NCBI GenBank assembly: GCA_964013405.1
Contig: CAXGWI010000020.1
Coordinates: 1-38,266, forward strand
Length of the DNA: 38,266 bases
Origin: an uncultured Myxococcales bacterium
GTDB lineage: Bacteria > Myxococcota > UBA4151
Reading direction: 5' to 3'
Below the pieces are notes generated by a model. The model was not told the origin of the DNA and searched no databases. It saw only the letters and a program-made list of their open reading frames with translations. Of this stretch, positions 35,144 to 38,266 are shown in pieces (positions within the stretch are counted from its first letter, which is position 1; each line of letters begins with the position of its first letter). The position numbers and the translations under genes are program-made.

Positions 35144-36088
35144 TCAACAGGTCCCCACAAACGCTAGATGCTCCCCTATTTGCAGTGAACTCGCATGAAC
35201 AAAGTCTGAGACTTTCATACGTTTTCGACCCTCAATTTGGAGTTCAGTCACCACCAGGCAGCCGACCTCGCATTGGACGACCAGCCCCGCCGAGGTGAGT
35301 GATTCGATTCGACCGGGGTCCCCCCCACCCTCTTGGGCGAAACAGTGCCATAGTTTCAGGCGACGACCTTGGGGGTCGACACAGGTCAAACCGGGACGAG
35401 GATCGAAAGCTCTCGCTCTTCGGCTCCAGACGTCGGCTGCCCCCATAAAGTCGATCCATCCTTCTTCTGCCCGGAGTCGCTTGGCGTAGGTTGATCCTTC
35501 TGATTCTTGTGCTTTTGATGGGATCTCTCCCTGGAGAATTCCCATCAGATCTTCTCGAATGAGATCTGCTGCGAGTTCGCCCATGACGGGTCGTAAGCTC
35601 GAGGTTCGGTGTTCGCCGATCTTCACCCGCCGCTCGCTGTAGATAGCACCCGTATCAAGGCCTTCTTCCATCGCCATAAACATCATTCCAGTCTCCTCGT
35701 CACCGGCCTCGATGGCCCGTTCGATCGGAGCCGCTCCCCGCCAGCGAGGGAGGAGGCTTCCGTGGAGATTGAGCCAGGGACCTGGAATCGCATCGAGGTG
35801 ACGTCGACAAATGATTTGGCCGTAGGCCATCACCAAACAAAAGTCGGGTTGATATTGGTGGAGGATCCTGTCCCCCTCCTCACTATCCAAACGATGGGGA
35901 CGCTGGATCGGTAAACCAAGGCTTTGGGCACCGAGGACCAGCGCAGACTCCCTTTGTTTCCGACCGCGACCCGAGGGACGAAGGGGCTGGGTCACCAGCG
36001 CGAGGACCTCGATCTCGGTCTGTTGACACAGAGCGGTTAATGCCGGGAGTGCGATCGGATCCGTCGCAAAGAAGAGGCTTCGTATCAC
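35144..36088 (-). CDS. fmt: Methionyl-tRNA formyltransferase
   Basis: Motifs VTQP.RP.GRG, VMAYGQI, NLHGSLLPRWRGAAPI, GLDTG and RAFDP.PG. Follows def with a GTGA overlap. Confidence 0.96.
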   Translation of the reverse strand: MIRSLFFATDPIALPALTALCQQTEIEVLALVTQPLRPSGRGRKQRESALVLGAQSLGLPIQRPHRLDSEEGDRILHQYQPDFCLVMAYGQIICRRHLDAIPGPWLNLHGSLLPRWRGAAPIERAIEAGDEETGMMFMAMEEGLDTGAIYSERRVKIGEHRTSSLRPVMGELAADLIREDLMGILQGEIPSKAQESEGSTYAKRLRAEEGWIDFMGAADVWSRRARAFDPRPGLTCVDPQGRRLKLWHCFAQEGGGDPGRIESLTSAGLVVQCEVGCLVVTELQIEGRKRMKVSDFVHASSLQIGEHLAFVGTC

Positions 36089-36603
36089 GCTGGTTTATAC
36101 TGTCGCATCGCGCGACGGATTCTCGCCCGTTCGTGGGATTTGAGGCGTTCGGGGAAGACGATGCCATCGAGATGGTCAATTTCGTGCTGAATACACACGG
36201 ACAAGAGGCCTTCTGCCTCCATCTGGTATTCGGTTCCATCGGGCCCCGTAAAGTCCACTGCAATCCATGCGGAACGTTCGACCTCACCGGTCTCGCCGGG
36301 CACGCTCAAGCAACCCTCTTCGAAGACGATGGTCCCCTCTCTCTCGGTGATTTGAGGGTTGATCATGACGTAGGGGCCAAGAGCCGGGTCTCGGTCTTCT
36401 GGTTCACCACCGTTGAGATCGACGGCAATCATTCGAATGTGCCGGTCCACTTGGGTTGCGGCAAGACCGATGCCTTGAGCTGCGTACATGGTCTCGATAA
36501 GATCTGTACCGAGTTGGCGAACCTCTGCTGTGACTTCGGCGATGGGCGTCGCTTCGATTTCAAGGCGTTTGTCGGGCCAAACGAGAATCTCAAGTATGGA
36601 CAA
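36085..36603 (-). CDS. def: Peptide deformylase
   Basis: Motifs GIGLAATQV, EGCLS and QHEIDHLDG. Confidence 0.98.
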   Translation of the reverse strand: MSILEILVWPDKRLEIEATPIAEVTAEVRQLGTDLIETMYAAQGIGLAATQVDRHIRMIAVDLNGGEPEDRDPALGPYVMINPQITEREGTIVFEEGCLSVPGETGEVERSAWIAVDFTGPDGTEYQMEAEGLLSVCIQHEIDHLDGIVFPERLKSHERARIRRAMRQYKPA

Positions 36604-36614
36604 GGGACTGCTTC

Positions 36615-38266
36615 CTACAGAGGACGGCTGCCGCGGTATTGATCGCGCAGGTGGGGGTCAAGGAGAACCTCCCTGGCCTCCTGTAACTCATGCAGTAATT
36701 CCTCGAAGAGTGGGTCCTTACTACTCAGTTGGGTTCGAAGCAGGGCGAGCCGGGCTCTATAGGCCCGTTCGATCTCCCCATCATCCAGGGCATCGGCCAA
36801 GCCAAGAACGTGGAAATAGTCTCCCGAACGGATCTGATCGACGGAGCGCTCGAAACTTCGATGCTTTCGTTGTTGGTGATGAAGATGACTCACACCCAAT
36901 TCAAGGATCTCCATATCACCCAATGCAATGGCTGCGAGAAGTCCTTGCTGGAGTCCCTCCATGGGAAGACTAAAGCGGGCGGCCAACTGTAATAGGCTTT
37001 GTTGACCATCGCAGTATTGCAGCGCCTGGCGTCCAGGAAAGTCCAACTCTAAAGGTCGACGGGGTGGTGATGGACGGACATCATCACCGCCAACAACCGC
37101 CGGCCAAAGGGCACTGTGGGCGAGGGAAGGCACCATCGCCAGCACCCGAACTCGAGAGGACAGAGCCTGTAATGGATAGGCCCAGGATCCGGGCGATTCA
37201 GGCAAGTAGGTGGCCTGACCACCGGGCAGTGAGGCGATGTCTAGTAGGTAGGTTTCCGCACACTCTCGAGCCAGGTCGAGCCACTGAGTGCTCGTGATCA
37301 ATCCTTCCTTCATCAGGAGACTAGAGAGTGATTGGTGTTGGCGATCTGCAAGATGTTGGAGGGCTCGACTTTCATCTTGATCTAGCCAGCCCTTGGCTTG
37401 TGCCGCTCTCAATAACCAGGACTCGAGCGATGGACTCGAAACGGAGACGAGACGTCCTTGCTGACAAAAGAGGGAGAGTCGATGATCCTGATTATGCAGG
37501 TCGACGCGCCCTGTCACGTGATCCCGTCCAAGTCGGCCGATGAGACCGAGAAGACCGATGGTTGAAAGGGCCCCGAGTGACCCCATAGGGGCTTTGTATT
37601 GAAGGTCTGGACTCCCCAACTGCTGACCGATGCGCCGCAGATGGTCTCGACCTAGACTCGGCTGAGCAGTCCAGCCTTGGCCAGCAGTCCCTTCGTGAGG
37701 AGATGTAGCTTGCGCCCAGGCCTCTTCCTGCCCAGGATTCGACCCATCTTCATCCCAAGCTCCATCCTCGCTCGGTAGCTCTTCAGGCTGCCAGGACCTG
37801 GGATCTGTGGCCTCCGTCGAGCCGAAGGATATGCTGTCATTCTCGGTGCTCGCCCAACTGTTGTCATCTGTATCTTCAGCGCCCCAGTCGCTGGCCTCCG
37901 GATCAGCTTGAGACCAGTCCGTTGGCTCCTCAGCATCGGGCTCGGCTTGTAGGGAGGGTACCGTTGCCTCAAGACCGCTCACCTGAGTCCAATCATCTTC
38001 GACTTCTTCGGGTTGTGCGACGGCTTCTGCTCCAGGGGAAATGGCTTCATTCTCAGCCCAGGTGTGATCGGTTTCGTCGCCTCCAAGCGGACTCTCTTCG
38101 TCTGCTCCCCAGGCCGCATCGGCATGGATGGTCTCATTGTTTTCGCCCCAACCCTCAGTGAATGACTCCGGCTCTGGCTCTGGCTCTGGCTCTGGTGCTG
38201 GCTCCGGCTCTGGCTCCGGCTCTGGCTCCGGCTCTGGCTCCGGCTCTGGCTCCGGCTCTGGCTCCG
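36615..38266 (-). CDS. DUF4388 + degenerate J-domain protein with long acidic linker, 5' end beyond the window
   Basis: The frame of track ORF 36615..37982 has no stop up to 38266 (reads ...PEPEPE-SFTEGWG...). DUF4388-like GSL....GLL......TGRVDL...LFCQQG.L and J-like C-terminus DYFHVLGL...IERAYR...EAREVL.DP..R.QY. Confidence 0.85.
   Translation of the reverse strand, partial: EPEPEPEPEPEPEPEPEPEPEPAPEPEPEPEPESFTEGWGENNETIHADAAWGADEESPLGGDETDHTWAENEAISPGAEAVAQPEEVEDDWTQVSGLEATVPSLQAEPDAEEPTDWSQADPEASDWGAEDTDDNSWASTENDSISFGSTEATDPRSWQPEELPSEDGAWDEDGSNPGQEEAWAQATSPHEGTAGQGWTAQPSLGRDHLRRIGQQLGSPDLQYKAPMGSLGALSTIGLLGLIGRLGRDHVTGRVDLHNQDHRLSLFCQQGRLVSVSSPSLESWLLRAAQAKGWLDQDESRALQHLADRQHQSLSSLLMKEGLITSTQWLDLARECAETYLLDIASLPGGQATYLPESPGSWAYPLQALSSRVRVLAMVPSLAHSALWPAVVGGDDVRPSPPRRPLELDFPGRQALQYCDGQQSLLQLAARFSLPMEGLQQGLLAAIALGDMEILELGVSHLHHQQRKHRSFERSVDQIRSGDYFHVLGLADALDDGEIERAYRARLALLRTQLSSKDPLFEELLHELQEAREVLLDPHLRDQYRGSRPL
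38166..38266 (-). repeat. Hexamer tandem repeat (CTCYGG)n encoding a Pro-Glu tract
   Basis: About 17 units of CTCTGG/CTCCGG (one TGCTGG) running off the end of the window. Confidence 0.95.

Overview
GC-rich bacterial chromosomal segment. Gene content points to a Myxococcota-like deltaproteobacterium (inference): Myxococcus-type Cys-rich repeat protein, Pkn-type Ser/Thr kinase, DUF4388/J-like protein and a myxobacterial-style imuA-imuB-dnaE2 cassette. The window appears to span the replication origin. A 269-bp AT-rich gap in front of dnaN (27868-28136) carries DnaA-box-like motifs, and G/C skew appears to flip across it, yet no dnaA is adjacent. A recF-coupled TonB receptor/beta-propeller lipoprotein pair sits where dnaA normally lies. 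Other notable items: (1) a stand-alone, strongly codon-biased GP42/'TGase elicitor'-like protein with one Cys in a non-canonical Cys-Asp context; (2) a near-palindromic LexA operator in front of imuA that is half E. coli-type and half Myxococcus-type; (3) an Lgt with a ~145-aa Cys-rich insertion, coupled to a GldAFG/DUF4340 ABC system; (4) a Ser/Thr kinase with a TonB-C-like periplasmic domain; (5) a Cys-repeat surface protein with a lower-GC C-terminal tip. Housekeeping genes include pyrF, rlmB, holB, recF, dnaN, lgt, fmt and def. No rRNA, tRNA, CRISPR array or mobile element was recognised. All family calls come from motif recognition by eye; no database searches were run.
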